From a virus (Duplodnaviria; Caudoviricetes), in IMG/VR virus record IMGVR_UViG_3300030606_000001, positions 1 through 47,014 of that record: 47,014 bases of DNA; one strand, given 5' to 3'. Shown in pieces: positions 35,427 to 44,716 of this stretch (its first letter is position 1; the number at the start of each line of letters is the position of its first letter). The notes below the pieces were generated by a model that did not search any database, was not told the origin of the DNA, and was given only the letters and a program-made list of their open reading frames with translations. The position numbers were made by a program, and so were the translations under genes.

Positions 35427-35740
35427 GGGAAGCACACTCCGATCTCAGGCCGTGCCTTGGTGGTCGTGTTGAAGCTGATCGACTCGAACGGCGGGATTTG
35501 AACCCAGCGCATTTGCACATCATCCCACACGCACTTGGTCTGGCGCGAGTTGTTGAACACGACCCAGGTGTAGAGCTGCGTGGCACGGGGCTGGGCCGTG
35601 AAGGTGTCATCCTTGCGCGCAGCTCTGGCGATATCGTACGTCATGCTGCCGAGGCCGTAGACCGCCAGTAACAGCACGGTCCAGAGCAGGACGTACCACC
35701 ACACGCCATCGGTTTCATCGCGCTTCTTTCGCCTCGTCAT
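35423..35740 (-). CDS. Membrane-anchored hypothetical protein
   Basis: Basic N-terminus then a TM segment; GGAGG SD. Confidence 0.65.
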   Translation of the reverse strand: MTRRKKRDETDGVWWYVLLWTVLLLAVYGLGSMTYDIARAARKDDTFTAQPRATQLYTWVVFNNSRQTKCVWDDVQMRWVQIPPFESISFNTTTKARPEIGVCFP

Positions 35741-35934
35741 CGTTCCTCCAACTCCGGCCCGTCGCCGGCATGGATACGTATCTCGTGGCGAGCCTCACAC
35801 TCGCCGCTGCACAGCAACCGCTCACAGCGCTCACAGTAGTGCTCATCCCACGGCCCCTCGCCGCTGCACTCGACGCACACGAGCCGGTCCTCAGCCGGGT
35901 CCGGCCCGATAGTGTTGTCGTAGGGTTCGGTCAT
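35737..35934 (-). CDS. Small Zn-finger protein
   Basis: CVEC, CERC, CSGEC..H. Confidence 0.6.
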   Translation of the reverse strand: MTEPYDNTIGPDPAEDRLVCVECSGEGPWDEHYCERCERLLCSGECEARHEIRIHAGDGPELEER

Positions 35935-36119
35935 TATTCGTCCTCCTCGGCTTCTAGTAACAGCAAGTCAAGCTTATCGAGTGATTTCCTGATAAATGCA
36001 ATACGTTCGCGGATGGGAGTATGTAGATGGGAACCAACCCGACGCCCCTCAAGCCGCATCTCAAAAAGATCAAACGCCTCGCGGACATCTTCGGTCTGGC
36101 TTTTGGTTGGTTCGGTCAT
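35934..36119 (-). CDS. Hypothetical protein (61 aa)
   Basis: Coupled ends. Confidence 0.55.
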   Translation of the reverse strand: MTEPTKSQTEDVREAFDLFEMRLEGRRVGSHLHTPIRERIAFIRKSLDKLDLLLLEAEEDE

Positions 36120-36316
36120 GGCCGCCCTAACCTTGGCTCAGGCTCGTCACACCACCGCTTGAAACTTCGGCGGCAGTCGTCGCACAGATCGGGCGATCGG
36201 TCGATCGCGTCCAAGCCAACGATATGGACTGGGAGGTGCTGTAGCTTGGGTGCACCGGCAAAGACGTTTGCCTCGAACGCATCTTTGCAGCGATCACATC
36301 GAAAGAGTTGGCTCAT
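36116..36316 (-). CDS. Small Zn-finger protein (CDRC...DLCDDC)
   Basis: Common phage CDxC/DLCxxC pattern. Confidence 0.7.
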   Translation of the reverse strand: MSQLFRCDRCKDAFEANVFAGAPKLQHLPVHIVGLDAIDRSPDLCDDCRRSFKRWCDEPEPRLGRP

Positions 36317-36792
36317 AGCCTCTCCTTGCGCATCGCGGCCAACACTTGCTCCAGTGCGGATTCGTAGCTCGGCAACATTTTCCCGTTGTGGCCTGGGATT
36401 AGACCAAACTTAGCGTCATACCACCGCCGCACGATCTCGCGCATGTCATCATCGGTCCAACCCTGGCGCACCCCAGCTACGCGCTTGCCGTCGAGGGTGT
36501 GGATTCTATCCAGCTTCTCATTGTAGCATGTCTCGTAACCGCCATCGCTCCTACGATGCCACGCCACAACAATGTACCCACTTGGAATGGAGTGGATGGC
36601 GCGCTTGATGAAGTTAACGCCGTGCGTTTCCGCAACTAAGACCTGGGTACCAGGCTCGACCCAAACCGCCTCGGGTTCGAGAATGTTGTCGGCCGCGTCG
36701 AGGATTGCGCCAATAGCCTCAGCAAGAGGCGAGTTGGCTTTCCATGCTTTTGTGATCGCCTCGCGCTGGGCGGGCGTGAGTTTGTCGGTCAT
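36313..36792 (-). CDS. Hypothetical protein (159 aa)
   Basis: ATGA coupling on both sides. Confidence 0.65.
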   Translation of the reverse strand: MTDKLTPAQREAITKAWKANSPLAEAIGAILDAADNILEPEAVWVEPGTQVLVAETHGVNFIKRAIHSIPSGYIVVAWHRRSDGGYETCYNEKLDRIHTLDGKRVAGVRQGWTDDDMREIVRRWYDAKFGLIPGHNGKMLPSYESALEQVLAAMRKERL

Positions 36793-36971
36793 TGCGTTGG
36801 CTCCTCTACTTGTTCGCGTTTGTCAGCTTCACGGTTGGCTTCGGTGATAACAGACCAAAGGTACACAGCGGCGCACCCCACTAAGAGCGGCACCCACAGC
36901 CACAAACCTAGCCCAGCATTGACTGCGGCGCCGATGCCCCACAAGATCCACATGCGGTCTAGCTGTGTCAT
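36789..36971 (-). CDS. Small membrane protein
   Basis: Long hydrophobic stretch; coupled ends. Confidence 0.6.
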   Translation of the reverse strand: MTQLDRMWILWGIGAAVNAGLGLWLWVPLLVGCAAVYLWSVITEANREADKREQVEEPTQ

Positions 36972-37267
36972 GGCGTTACCACCAAGGTATCACTACCGGT
37001 GATCCAGACTTCCATCCCGGCGCCGTTGCTCATGTGTGAGATCGGGAACGACTCGGTGTCGAGTGACCCGATGCCCCCGAGCCGCGTGTACGCCGCACAG
37101 CTTTCCATGTGGGCGTCGATGGCCTCCACCATGACATCGCACGTGCTAACCGCGTCGTCGCAATCGGCGAGATCGAGTTCAAGTTCGCGCACGTACCCTG
37201 CTGCACCCAACAGTCCCGCACTCAACCCGATGTCCACGCACACCAAAAATACCACCAAAGCTTTCAT
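36968..37267 (-). CDS. Membrane-anchored coiled-coil protein
   Basis: TAAGGAG SD; N-terminal hydrophobic segment. Confidence 0.65.
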   Translation of the reverse strand: MKALVVFLVCVDIGLSAGLLGAAGYVRELELDLADCDDAVSTCDVMVEAIDAHMESCAAYTRLGGIGSLDTESFPISHMSNGAGMEVWITGSDTLVVTP

Positions 37268-37307
37268 GGGGACGACTCCTTAGGGTTTGACTCCTCAACC
37301 GGGGACC

Positions 37308-37337
37308 ATTCTACACCCGAACCCGCGTCGGTGGAAA
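37308..37337 (-). promoter_or_regulatory. Putative sigma70-type promoter
   Basis: TTTCCA-18 bp-TAGAAT on the minus strand, upstream of 37267. Confidence 0.5.
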
Positions 37338-37410
37338 GGGGAAAATGCAGTGAGCAAGCGCCGGGGGTGAGAATTTACAACTCCCCAGGGGTGCAACACC
37401 CACTGCACCC

Positions 37411-37665
37411 TCATCCCCACCACCCGCACAGCTTGCCGGCCCACCATCCCACCAACCCCCACCAACCCAGTACCCCCACCCAAACCACCATTACCCACGG
37501 GCGGTACGAGCGAAAAACCCCCGGCGTCGGTGGAACTGGGGGCAGCAGTGGGGTGATGTCCACCACCGTCGCCCGGGTTGTGCACCCGGGGCATGGGGGG
37601 TGGCCGATCCCGACCTTCCCGCACCCGCACACCGCCCGGGGGGACCGGTAGAGTTCGCTTGGCAT
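37411..37665 (-). CDS. Small protein with Zn-ribbon-like N-terminus and Trp/Gly-rich TM C-terminus
   Basis: CGCG...CPGC; AAAGGGA upstream of ATG 37665. Confidence 0.45.
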   Translation of the reverse strand: MPSELYRSPRAVCGCGKVGIGHPPCPGCTTRATVVDITPLLPPVPPTPGVFRSYRPWVMVVWVGVLGWWGLVGWWAGKLCGWWG

Positions 37666-37754
37666 GGTGGGGTTATCCCTTTCGTCGGTGAATTCGTGGG
37701 CGGCCGGGTGAACGCTCGCCCCACAAGCCCCGGCCGCCTTCCCTGCTCGTGGGG

Positions 37755-37958
37755 CTAGGAGTACAAATTCTCCAACACCACGCGCAGCCATTCCTGGTAC
37801 TCAGCTACCACGATGTCGGCGATCGCCTCTGCCTCGGCGCAGATGTCGCAGCGCCGGCCGGACCGCGTGTAGAACTTGCAGCGGCAGATATCCCCGCCAG
37901 TGAGCCGGCACACAATCTGCGCTCGAAGCTCGGCGAGGGTGGTGCCTTGGTCGCTCAT
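37755..37958 (-). CDS. Hypothetical Cys-containing protein
   Basis: ATGA coupled. Confidence 0.6.
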   Translation of the reverse strand: MSDQGTTLAELRAQIVCRLTGGDICRCKFYTRSGRRCDICAEAEAIADIVVAEYQEWLRVVLENLYS

Positions 37959-38263
37959 GCCGGCCGCTTCCAGCCCTTAGCACGCTCAAGGTCTGCAAGG
38001 TATATATGCAGGTGCGCGCAGGTTCGGCCGGGCCGATAAGGGCGCTTGGGATCGTCGTATTCGATGCGGACGCGCTGCATGTCCCCGCGTCGCTCTAGGT
38101 GCTCGGTCATTGTCTTGGCGTCTTGCCAACTATCGCACGCCCAAGCGGCAAAGCTGTTGCCGCCTTCCGCGCCGCCCCAGCCAGACATAAAGGTATCTGT
38201 GCCGATGGCGAGCCAGGTATGAGTCGTACGTTGTTCTGGGGTTCGATCATCTTGGCGGATCAT
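37955..38263 (-). CDS. Hypothetical protein (102 aa)
   Basis: GGGAG SD; TDTFMSGWGGA motif. Confidence 0.7.
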   Translation of the reverse strand: MIRQDDRTPEQRTTHTWLAIGTDTFMSGWGGAEGGNSFAAWACDSWQDAKTMTEHLERRGDMQRVRIEYDDPKRPYRPGRTCAHLHIYLADLERAKGWKRPA

Positions 38264-38265
38264 GG

Positions 38266-38496
38266 CTAATACTCCCTTGCAGCTTCGTTGAGGGCTTCCA
38301 GCTCGGCCGGCGGAGGGAGAATACCTGGCCCGTAGACTTCCTCAAAGTGCTTGCGGCAGAGGCGCGAAATCTCGCCAACTATTTCACGTGGTGCGCGCGG
38401 GTTTAGCGTTGTCGGTGGGATTGGGATTGTGAGTTTGATTACGATGGCCGGCTCGTTGCAGTCGCGGCATCGTTTTTGTTCTGGTTGAGTATTCAT
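38266..38496 (-). CDS. Hypothetical protein (CRDC...CRKH)
   Basis: AGGAG SD. Confidence 0.65.
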   Translation of the reverse strand: MNTQPEQKRCRDCNEPAIVIKLTIPIPPTTLNPRAPREIVGEISRLCRKHFEEVYGPGILPPPAELEALNEAAREY

Positions 38497-38505
38497 GGGT
38501 TTCTC

Positions 38506-38832
38506 CTAGTCCCAATATGGGGTAGCGGGTTTCGTGACGGATTGACCTTGGCAACGCTCCAAGTATTCCAGGCGGTAGTCGGTAGATGCTGGGACGCTTT
38601 CGCCCTGTGGATGCGCCGGGCCGCCCATGCCGAGCAGCTTGCCGAGTTCGGCGCGCGTCGCGTCGTCCATACATGAGCCGCCGTTGCGCGGAAGTGCTGT
38701 AATATGAATCCAGCCCCAAGCTGTGCCGCGCCCGCCTGTTACGCTCCACTGCTTGCCAGAGCGGCTTTTTAGCGCATGCCGATAGGCTTTAATGAATTTG
38801 TCACGGTCCCATTGTCTCGCTGGTTCAAACAT
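38506..38832 (-). CDS. Hypothetical protein (108 aa)
   Basis: AGGAG SD; SVTGGRGTAWGWI. Confidence 0.7.
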   Translation of the reverse strand: MFEPARQWDRDKFIKAYRHALKSRSGKQWSVTGGRGTAWGWIHITALPRNGGSCMDDATRAELGKLLGMGGPAHPQGESVPASTDYRLEYLERCQGQSVTKPATPYWD

Positions 38833-38965
38833 GGTAAAGGCTCCTGCGTTCTGGGGTTGTGGCGCTTTCGCCTGTTATTCACCTTTTCGACTTCCAAGGT
38901 GCCTCTGTGGGCGCGTTTCGCAGGGTGGCCGGTACGTTGGCACCCCTGGAAAAGTGTGAGCGGGC

Positions 38966-39256
38966 TTACTCTCCCCGTGCCTTGGCGATGGCGGCCCGAA
39001 GCAAGAGCGTTGCATCGCAGCGCATCTTGATACTTTCAACTGTAGGATGTTCCCAGCCTTTGACCGCGGCCTCAGCGGCTTCGAGCAGATCCGGGGCGGC
39101 GGCGCCTAGCTGCGCGTTACCTTCGGCGTTGGGGCCACTGTACCCGGCGATCTGCTGCTCTTTTTCCCAATATTTCCCCGTATCGGCAACCACCAAGGGG
39201 ATTCCGGCTTTGTTAGTCACAACGCGCAACGGTCCGGGCGTGTGCTTTGCGTTCAT
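38966..39256 (-). CDS. Phage hypothetical protein (HTPGP...NA.L.AAAPDLLEA family)
   Basis: Recognisable widespread phage motif; AGGAG SD. Confidence 0.75.
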   Translation of the reverse strand: MNAKHTPGPLRVVTNKAGIPLVVADTGKYWEKEQQIAGYSGPNAEGNAQLGAAAPDLLEAAEAAVKGWEHPTVESIKMRCDATLLLRAAIAKARGE

Positions 39257-39264
39257 AGGATCTC

Positions 39265-39462
39265 CTATCGGCCCAAGGCCGGGAAAAGGTAGCGCGCGAG
39301 AATGGCGCCCACGGCAACCGCCGCGAGCCACGCGAGGGTGAGCTGACGCTGCCGGGCGTTGATGCGCTCGGCGTCGTCGTACCAAGCCTGAATGCGCTTA
39401 TGGGCGGACGGTGGCATGGGGCGGAGGGGATCTTGGTAGGTTGCGTGGCGTTCGGTGGGCAT
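39265..39462 (-). CDS. Small protein with C-terminal TM segment
   Basis: G-rich SD; hydrophobic C-terminus. Confidence 0.55.
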   Translation of the reverse strand: MPTERHATYQDPLRPMPPSAHKRIQAWYDDAERINARQRQLTLAWLAAVAVGAILARYLFPALGR

Positions 39463-39466
39463 GGCT

Positions 39467-39697
39467 CTAATCCCCCCAGTATGCAGAAAAGCACTTGAAG
39501 TTGCAGAACGCGCTCAGGGTTGTTTTTCCCGCGGCACCGCGTTTTGATAGCGGACGGTGGGCCCGGTCGTCCGGAACCCAATCGTATGCATAGAGACGGC
39601 GGCGGAACTGCCCGCATTCGTGACAGGAAGTCGCGCAATGCACGATGCGCCGGACGTATTCACCGCGCGCGAATGGGTTGCGCTGTAGGGATAGCAT
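39467..39697 (-). CDS. Small Zn-finger protein, first gene of the leftward arm
   Basis: AGGAG SD; CHECG...FCNFKC. Confidence 0.65.
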   Translation of the reverse strand: MLSLQRNPFARGEYVRRIVHCATSCHECGQFRRRLYAYDWVPDDRAHRPLSKRGAAGKTTLSAFCNFKCFSAYWGD

Positions 39698-39781
39698 GGT
39701 CTAGTCTCCTGCGTTCGGGGTTCACGGTGGGCCAAAGGGGTGCAAGGGGCGTGCCCATGCGTTCCCGTGGCCAACGAGAGA

Positions 39782-39811
39782 ATGGTAGCGCGGATCGAAT
39801 GGGGGAGTCCA
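39782..39811 (-). promoter_or_regulatory. Putative leftward (early) promoter
   Basis: TGGACT-18 bp-TACCAT in the divergent intergenic region. Confidence 0.5.
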
Positions 39812-39867
39812 GGGGAATTTGCACAAAGGTGGGGATAACTTGGGTGGGGTAGGATGCGCCCTGGCCC

Positions 39868-39897
39868 TTGACAGTGGAACCCGCCCGGTGGTAACCT
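39868..39897 (+). promoter_or_regulatory. Putative rightward promoter
   Basis: TTGACA-18 bp-TAACCT with TG extension; ATG 39904 lies 7 nt downstream. Confidence 0.65.
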
Positions 39898-39903
39898 TCG
39901 CCC

Positions 39904-40551
39904 ATGGGTAATTTACCAAATGGTACAACGCCGATCGGTGAAGCGCTGGATAGTGATGCGCTGGTAAGGGAAGCCCGAGCGCAGGGGTACCCAAAGGGTA
40001 TACTTGAGGTGTCCAGACGGTCGCGGAATCCCGCGATGGTGCTTCGCGCTTGGGCGCTGTATGAGACAAATTCCAACAAGGCGAGCATTTGGCGGATCCT
40101 GCGTAAAGAATTTGAACGCTCGTGTCCTAGTTTGGCTACACTTCGGGGCTGGTTGATAGAAGGGGAACGCGGGAGTGAGGAAGCGCAAATCCCTGAGGGG
40201 CGGTTACTTACCCCGAATCGGGCTGGGGTACTGCTCGCTGAGATGGCCGAGGAGCGAAGTGCCAAGGTCGGCGAACGGGTGAGCGCGATTCGTACCGAGC
40301 TAGAACGCATCGGGGCGTTCGCACCCCGTGAAGTACGCATACGTGCTACCCACGAGATCCTGGGCTCACAACCAGTCAACGTGTTGAACGCTGCGGAAGC
40401 TGAACTAATTGACGAACTCGCCCGGCTAGGGATTGGGAGCACAACTAGTCCACTAGCGGACGAGGAGCTTGACCCGCTTGCCCTCCCGGACGGGGGCGAT
40501 GGCGCACCCACCCCCTTTCCCCCCCAGGCCGGGGGCGAGAGAGAGGGGTAG
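39904..40551 (+). CDS. HTH-like protein, candidate terminase small subunit or regulator
   Basis: Helical with PSLATLRGWL HTH-like segment; upstream of TerL. Confidence 0.5.
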   Translation: MGNLPNGTTPIGEALDSDALVREARAQGYPKGILEVSRRSRNPAMVLRAWALYETNSNKASIWRILRKEFERSCPSLATLRGWLIEGERGSEEAQIPEGRLLTPNRAGVLLAEMAEERSAKVGERVSAIRTELERIGAFAPREVRIRATHEILGSQPVNVLNAAEAELIDELARLGIGSTTSPLADEELDPLALPDGGDGAPTPFPPQAGGEREG

Positions 40552-40614
40552 CCCCCCACAAATCCTGCACCAATTCCCAGCTTTCCGGTCAACCTAAGGA
40601 CTACCTGTCCCCCC

Positions 40615-40890
40615 ATGCTCACCTACCTCAACCCAACCCCCATCGGCGCCGGGCCCCACCCGCACCCAGTTTCCATGGCCCTACTGTACTCCCTGGGCGA
40701 ATTCGCCTACCTGGCCCATGTGCTAGGTGAGCTACCCTTACCCCCCTCAGGTCCCCTAAGCGCCCTCGACCGCGCGACCATGATTCCATCTTCAACCGCA
40801 CCCCTCGGGTTTTCCCCCGCCCCGGGCTCGACTATCACCCCAATTCGGTTCTCTCCAAAACTACCCGGCATCCGCCCCGCGCGACCATGA
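40615..40890 (+). CDS. Pro-rich hypothetical protein
   Basis: ATGA overlap with TerL; low complexity. Confidence 0.35.
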   Translation: MLTYLNPTPIGAGPHPHPVSMALLYSLGEFAYLAHVLGELPLPPSGPLSALDRATMIPSSTAPLGFSPAPGSTITPIRFSPKLPGIRPARP

Positions 40891-42794
40891 ATAACGAACT
40901 GCTGCGCACCCTGCTCCCACCGGACTTCGACTCGTTGTCCCGCGACGGGAAGTTCATAGCGCTCAAGCGAGCGAGGGTCGCACTGCTCGAACGCAAGCTC
41001 GCCCTGAATTCCCTTTGGGCGTTCAACACCCGGGTCCTGGGCGCCGACCCATCAAAGGTTCGAATCCTCCAAGACCCCATGGTCCGGGAGTTCATCGAGG
41101 CCCAGTCCGCCCACATTGTGCAATGGTTGAAGGATCGCGCCCACGACCGAGCCCTACCCCCCGGCTCCACCACCCCCCGCCGGTGCATCGGGCGCCGCAA
41201 CGCAATCCTTCTTCCGCCCCGCCGAACCGGGAAATCCTCCAACGTCAGCGAAACCCTCGGCCCGTTTGTCCACGCCTGGGACCCCGAAATCTCCATCGGC
41301 CTCAGCGCGGCGACGAAGGAACTCGTCAACAAATTCGCCGACGCCACCAAGGCCCACTGGCGCGGGGACCGGGAAGGCTCACGCCTCGTCGAAATGTTCG
41401 GCCAATACTACCCCGGCACCGGGAACTCGGTCCGCCCATGGAATGACATCGAGTCGGTAACCCTTGCTCGCAAGGACCTAACTAGGCACGACGCGACGTT
41501 GATAACGGGGAGCGTTAGTACCGGCTTCACAGGCGGCCACCCCGATCTATTCATTCTCGACGACCCCATCACCGAGGAAAAGCTCCGCGAGCAGCGGGTT
41601 GCCTGGATGGACAAGGTCTGGACCCATTACAAATCCCTCGGCCCGGTCATCAACCCCGACGGGTATTTTCTCCTGGTGTGCACGAGGTATGGTGAGGACG
41701 ACCTCGTCGGGCGCATCATCCGCACCGAGATCGAACCGGTGGTCCGCGAGCGGGTGCTACTAGGCGCACCCCGCGGTGAACTTCCCGCCGACTTCCGCGA
41801 GAACTGGCACAGCTACGCACACCTGGCCGGCTGGCATGTGATCCAACGGTCCTGCGAATACGACACCGAAGGCAACCCCGTCGATTCCTTTTTCCCCATC
41901 GCCTGGCCGCCCCACGACATCGCCTCCGAAAAGCTGCGCTCCCCCATCTTCGCCGCCGCCCAGCTCAACAACCGCCCCGCGGACTACGAGGGCAACCCGG
42001 TTACCGACGCTCACATCAGAGCAGCGTTAATCACCAAATCCGAGGTCCCCCAGGAAGCTTACAGTTTCCTCACCATGCACGGGGACTGGGCGTTCAAAGG
42101 TGAAACCGGCGCCGCCCGCGGCGACGCCAACGCGCTGTTCGTGGCCGCGCACTGGAGAGGCAACGTCTACATCGTGCGGGGGTGGACCTCGCGCACCGCC
42201 ACCATGGCCGAATGCGCCGACAAAATCGTCGACTTCATCAACTGGGCCTGGTACACCCCCAAGTTCCCAGGCGACCCAGCCCACGCGCGCATCCGCACCA
42301 TCACCTACGACGCCGACACCGGGCACCACGGCTCCAGCCAAACCACGACCCAGTTCTTCAAGAACTACTGCCACGAGAACCAGGTCAGGCTCCCAAATGT
42401 GATCCCCATTGTCCGTCGCAAGGGCCAGGGCGACCGCGCTCGACTCCACCAAGTCACCGGGTTTTGGCAAGAGCCCAGGATCTTCCTCGTCGAAGGTACC
42501 CCGGGCGTCCATGAAGCCTGCTCCCAGATGCAAACCATCAACTCATCGGCATTCATCGACGAGGCGACCGCCCTGAGCGACGTTTTCCACGAGGAAATCT
42601 ACCGTCCCCAGGCCCGCTCAACCTCGCGCCCCGAACGCGTTTCCCACACCATGATTGGCAAAATCACCGACATCGACGAAGGGGACCTGGTGTCCCACCC
42701 TGAGTACCCTTGGATGGCGGGGAGCCTCATTGACCCCGATCTTGAGTCGGGATTCCACCCAGCGGCGATCTCCATCCAACCCAAAAAGGGATGA
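40887..42794 (+). CDS. terL: Terminase large subunit
   Basis: Walker A PRRTGKS, TGGHPDLFILDDP Walker B, CTRYGEDDLVG coupling motif, RNase H-like HGDWA. Confidence 0.92.
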   Translation: MNNELLRTLLPPDFDSLSRDGKFIALKRARVALLERKLALNSLWAFNTRVLGADPSKVRILQDPMVREFIEAQSAHIVQWLKDRAHDRALPPGSTTPRRCIGRRNAILLPPRRTGKSSNVSETLGPFVHAWDPEISIGLSAATKELVNKFADATKAHWRGDREGSRLVEMFGQYYPGTGNSVRPWNDIESVTLARKDLTRHDATLITGSVSTGFTGGHPDLFILDDPITEEKLREQRVAWMDKVWTHYKSLGPVINPDGYFLLVCTRYGEDDLVGRIIRTEIEPVVRERVLLGAPRGELPADFRENWHSYAHLAGWHVIQRSCEYDTEGNPVDSFFPIAWPPHDIASEKLRSPIFAAAQLNNRPADYEGNPVTDAHIRAALITKSEVPQEAYSFLTMHGDWAFKGETGAARGDANALFVAAHWRGNVYIVRGWTSRTATMAECADKIVDFINWAWYTPKFPGDPAHARIRTITYDADTGHHGSSQTTTQFFKNYCHENQVRLPNVIPIVRRKGQGDRARLHQVTGFWQEPRIFLVEGTPGVHEACSQMQTINSSAFIDEATALSDVFHEEIYRPQARSTSRPERVSHTMIGKITDIDEGDLVSHPEYPWMAGSLIDPDLESGFHPAAISIQPKKG

Positions 42795-44716
42795 CCACAG
42801 TGCGCGACGAAACCCTCTATGGCATGTGGGATGACAGAATCCGCCTTGAAGGCGACCCCAAAAAGCTCGCTTTCCAATCCGATTGGGACCAGGGCGACGA
42901 TTTCTTGATGAACAATGTGCGGCTGTCCCGCCCTCCCGGTACCGAGTGGATGCGTGGGGATTTGATGTCAGACGCATTCGAACTCATCGACTCCCACATC
43001 CCAGCTCTCGCCGCGAATTCGATCCGTGACCCCAGATCGTTCACCGTCGAGTCGGTGACAGCGCCGAGTGTAGTTTACCAATACGCCGCCCAGGAAAAAC
43101 TTGCCTCCGACCGCCGGGCAGCTAGGCTCGCCACCACCATCCCCGCGCACCTGCGCACCGGCCTCGCTCGCGGGCACATGATCCACTACAGCTTCTGGCT
43201 ACGCGAACTTGGCGAACGCAGGCTCCCGATGATGTCCAACCCGGCCCTCGGCCCCGACGGCGACTCCGCCATGCGCCCGGCCGAGATCAGCAAAGTCATC
43301 ACCCACGACGGACCCTGGACCGAGTTCGGTGACCTGCGCCGCACCTGGTTCTCGAACACGAAGGACGCGTTGGGCAACTACCTGTGGGTGGTCCAGGAAT
43401 TCGAAGCTGACCTCGACTACCTCCGCTACATGGACAGCGAATACCGTGCTCACGCTGGGCACGAGCTTTACGCCGGCCTGCGGAACCTGAGCACGAGCAC
43501 CTTCGCGTTCTCCGGGTCTGGTGCCGTCAACCCCGCTGCGACCTTTGGCCCACCCCGGCCCCACACAGCAGGGGTAGGTACCCAGTCCTCAACATCGAGG
43601 ACATCGGGACTGTCGGACCAATCTCTTTCCCCCAAGAACGCGGTTACCCTTCGCCAGTGTTGGGGGTGGGTGCCGTCACGCGCCGACGGTGGCCGAAACT
43701 ACACCGACACCCAGTGGCGGTACCAGGTCTTCGCCCTCGACGGCACCAAGCTCCGCGACGAAGCCCTGCCTACCCCGAACCTTCGCCCGCCGCACCGCGA
43801 CGTAGCATTTGTCCAAATCGGCGACGAACCTTACGGTCGATCGGCCCTTCGGTGGGTGCTGGGCGAAATCCAAACCGCGTCCGAGCTTCGCAACCTGCGG
43901 CTCGCTGAGGCGTGGATCAACATCCTACGCCCGAGAATCGCCCGCCGTGATGTTGGGTGGAGTTTCAGATCACTGGGGCTCGCACCCGGGGTTGTGTACA
44001 CCTACGATTCCGACGATGCCCCCGGCGATGTGATGGGGATGTTGCCAGTCAGCCAAGTCATGCCGCAAGCCTTCGCCGAGGTTGAGGAAGCCCGCTCCCG
44101 CGCGCGCCAGACCTTCGGCAGCGATCTCAATCGCCTCGGGGAATCCCACGGCCAACGGACCTCAGCGTTCGAGATAAGCCAAATCGAGCAGAAATCCGGC
44201 TCGCGGGTGCGGCTCCAGTCGATGCTTGTCGGTGTCCAGCTCGACCAACGCATCATGGAGGATTACTTCCTCCTCAACCAAACGTACCTGTCCCGCCCGG
44301 CGTGGATCAAGCTCGCGGAGGAACACGGCGGCGGGCGCCCCGTCACCCTCACCGCTGACCAGCTCATTTGGCCGGTGGATATCTACGTGAAAGCCGGGGA
44401 CTTCGGGTCGATTGACGGCCAACAGGCCCAGAACTACTTGACACTCCTGACCGCTTTCGCGCAAGATCCCGAGGCCCGTGAGTGGCTGCGGGTTCCGGAA
44501 ATGGCTGAGGACTTCCTCTACCGGTCCGGTACACTCAATCCACGCCGATTCTTCCGCTCGCAACAGGAGGTCGAGAATGCGCGCGCCCAACGTGCGGCGC
44601 TTGCGGTCCAGACTCAAGCAGCGTTGGCTACGGCTGAGATGGGACCTGGCGGAGATGGTGCTGGGGAAGGGGACGGCGGGGAATCCGCTGGCCGAAGCAA
44701 AGGCCGCAGCGAATGA
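42791..44716 (+). CDS. Portal protein
   Basis: 641 aa after TerL; PYGRS, PG.V, RTSAFEI patterns of P22-like portals. Confidence 0.8.
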   Translation: MTTVRDETLYGMWDDRIRLEGDPKKLAFQSDWDQGDDFLMNNVRLSRPPGTEWMRGDLMSDAFELIDSHIPALAANSIRDPRSFTVESVTAPSVVYQYAAQEKLASDRRAARLATTIPAHLRTGLARGHMIHYSFWLRELGERRLPMMSNPALGPDGDSAMRPAEISKVITHDGPWTEFGDLRRTWFSNTKDALGNYLWVVQEFEADLDYLRYMDSEYRAHAGHELYAGLRNLSTSTFAFSGSGAVNPAATFGPPRPHTAGVGTQSSTSRTSGLSDQSLSPKNAVTLRQCWGWVPSRADGGRNYTDTQWRYQVFALDGTKLRDEALPTPNLRPPHRDVAFVQIGDEPYGRSALRWVLGEIQTASELRNLRLAEAWINILRPRIARRDVGWSFRSLGLAPGVVYTYDSDDAPGDVMGMLPVSQVMPQAFAEVEEARSRARQTFGSDLNRLGESHGQRTSAFEISQIEQKSGSRVRLQSMLVGVQLDQRIMEDYFLLNQTYLSRPAWIKLAEEHGGGRPVTLTADQLIWPVDIYVKAGDFGSIDGQQAQNYLTLLTAFAQDPEAREWLRVPEMAEDFLYRSGTLNPRRFFRSQQEVENARAQRAALAVQTQAALATAEMGPGGDGAGEGDGGESAGRSKGRSE

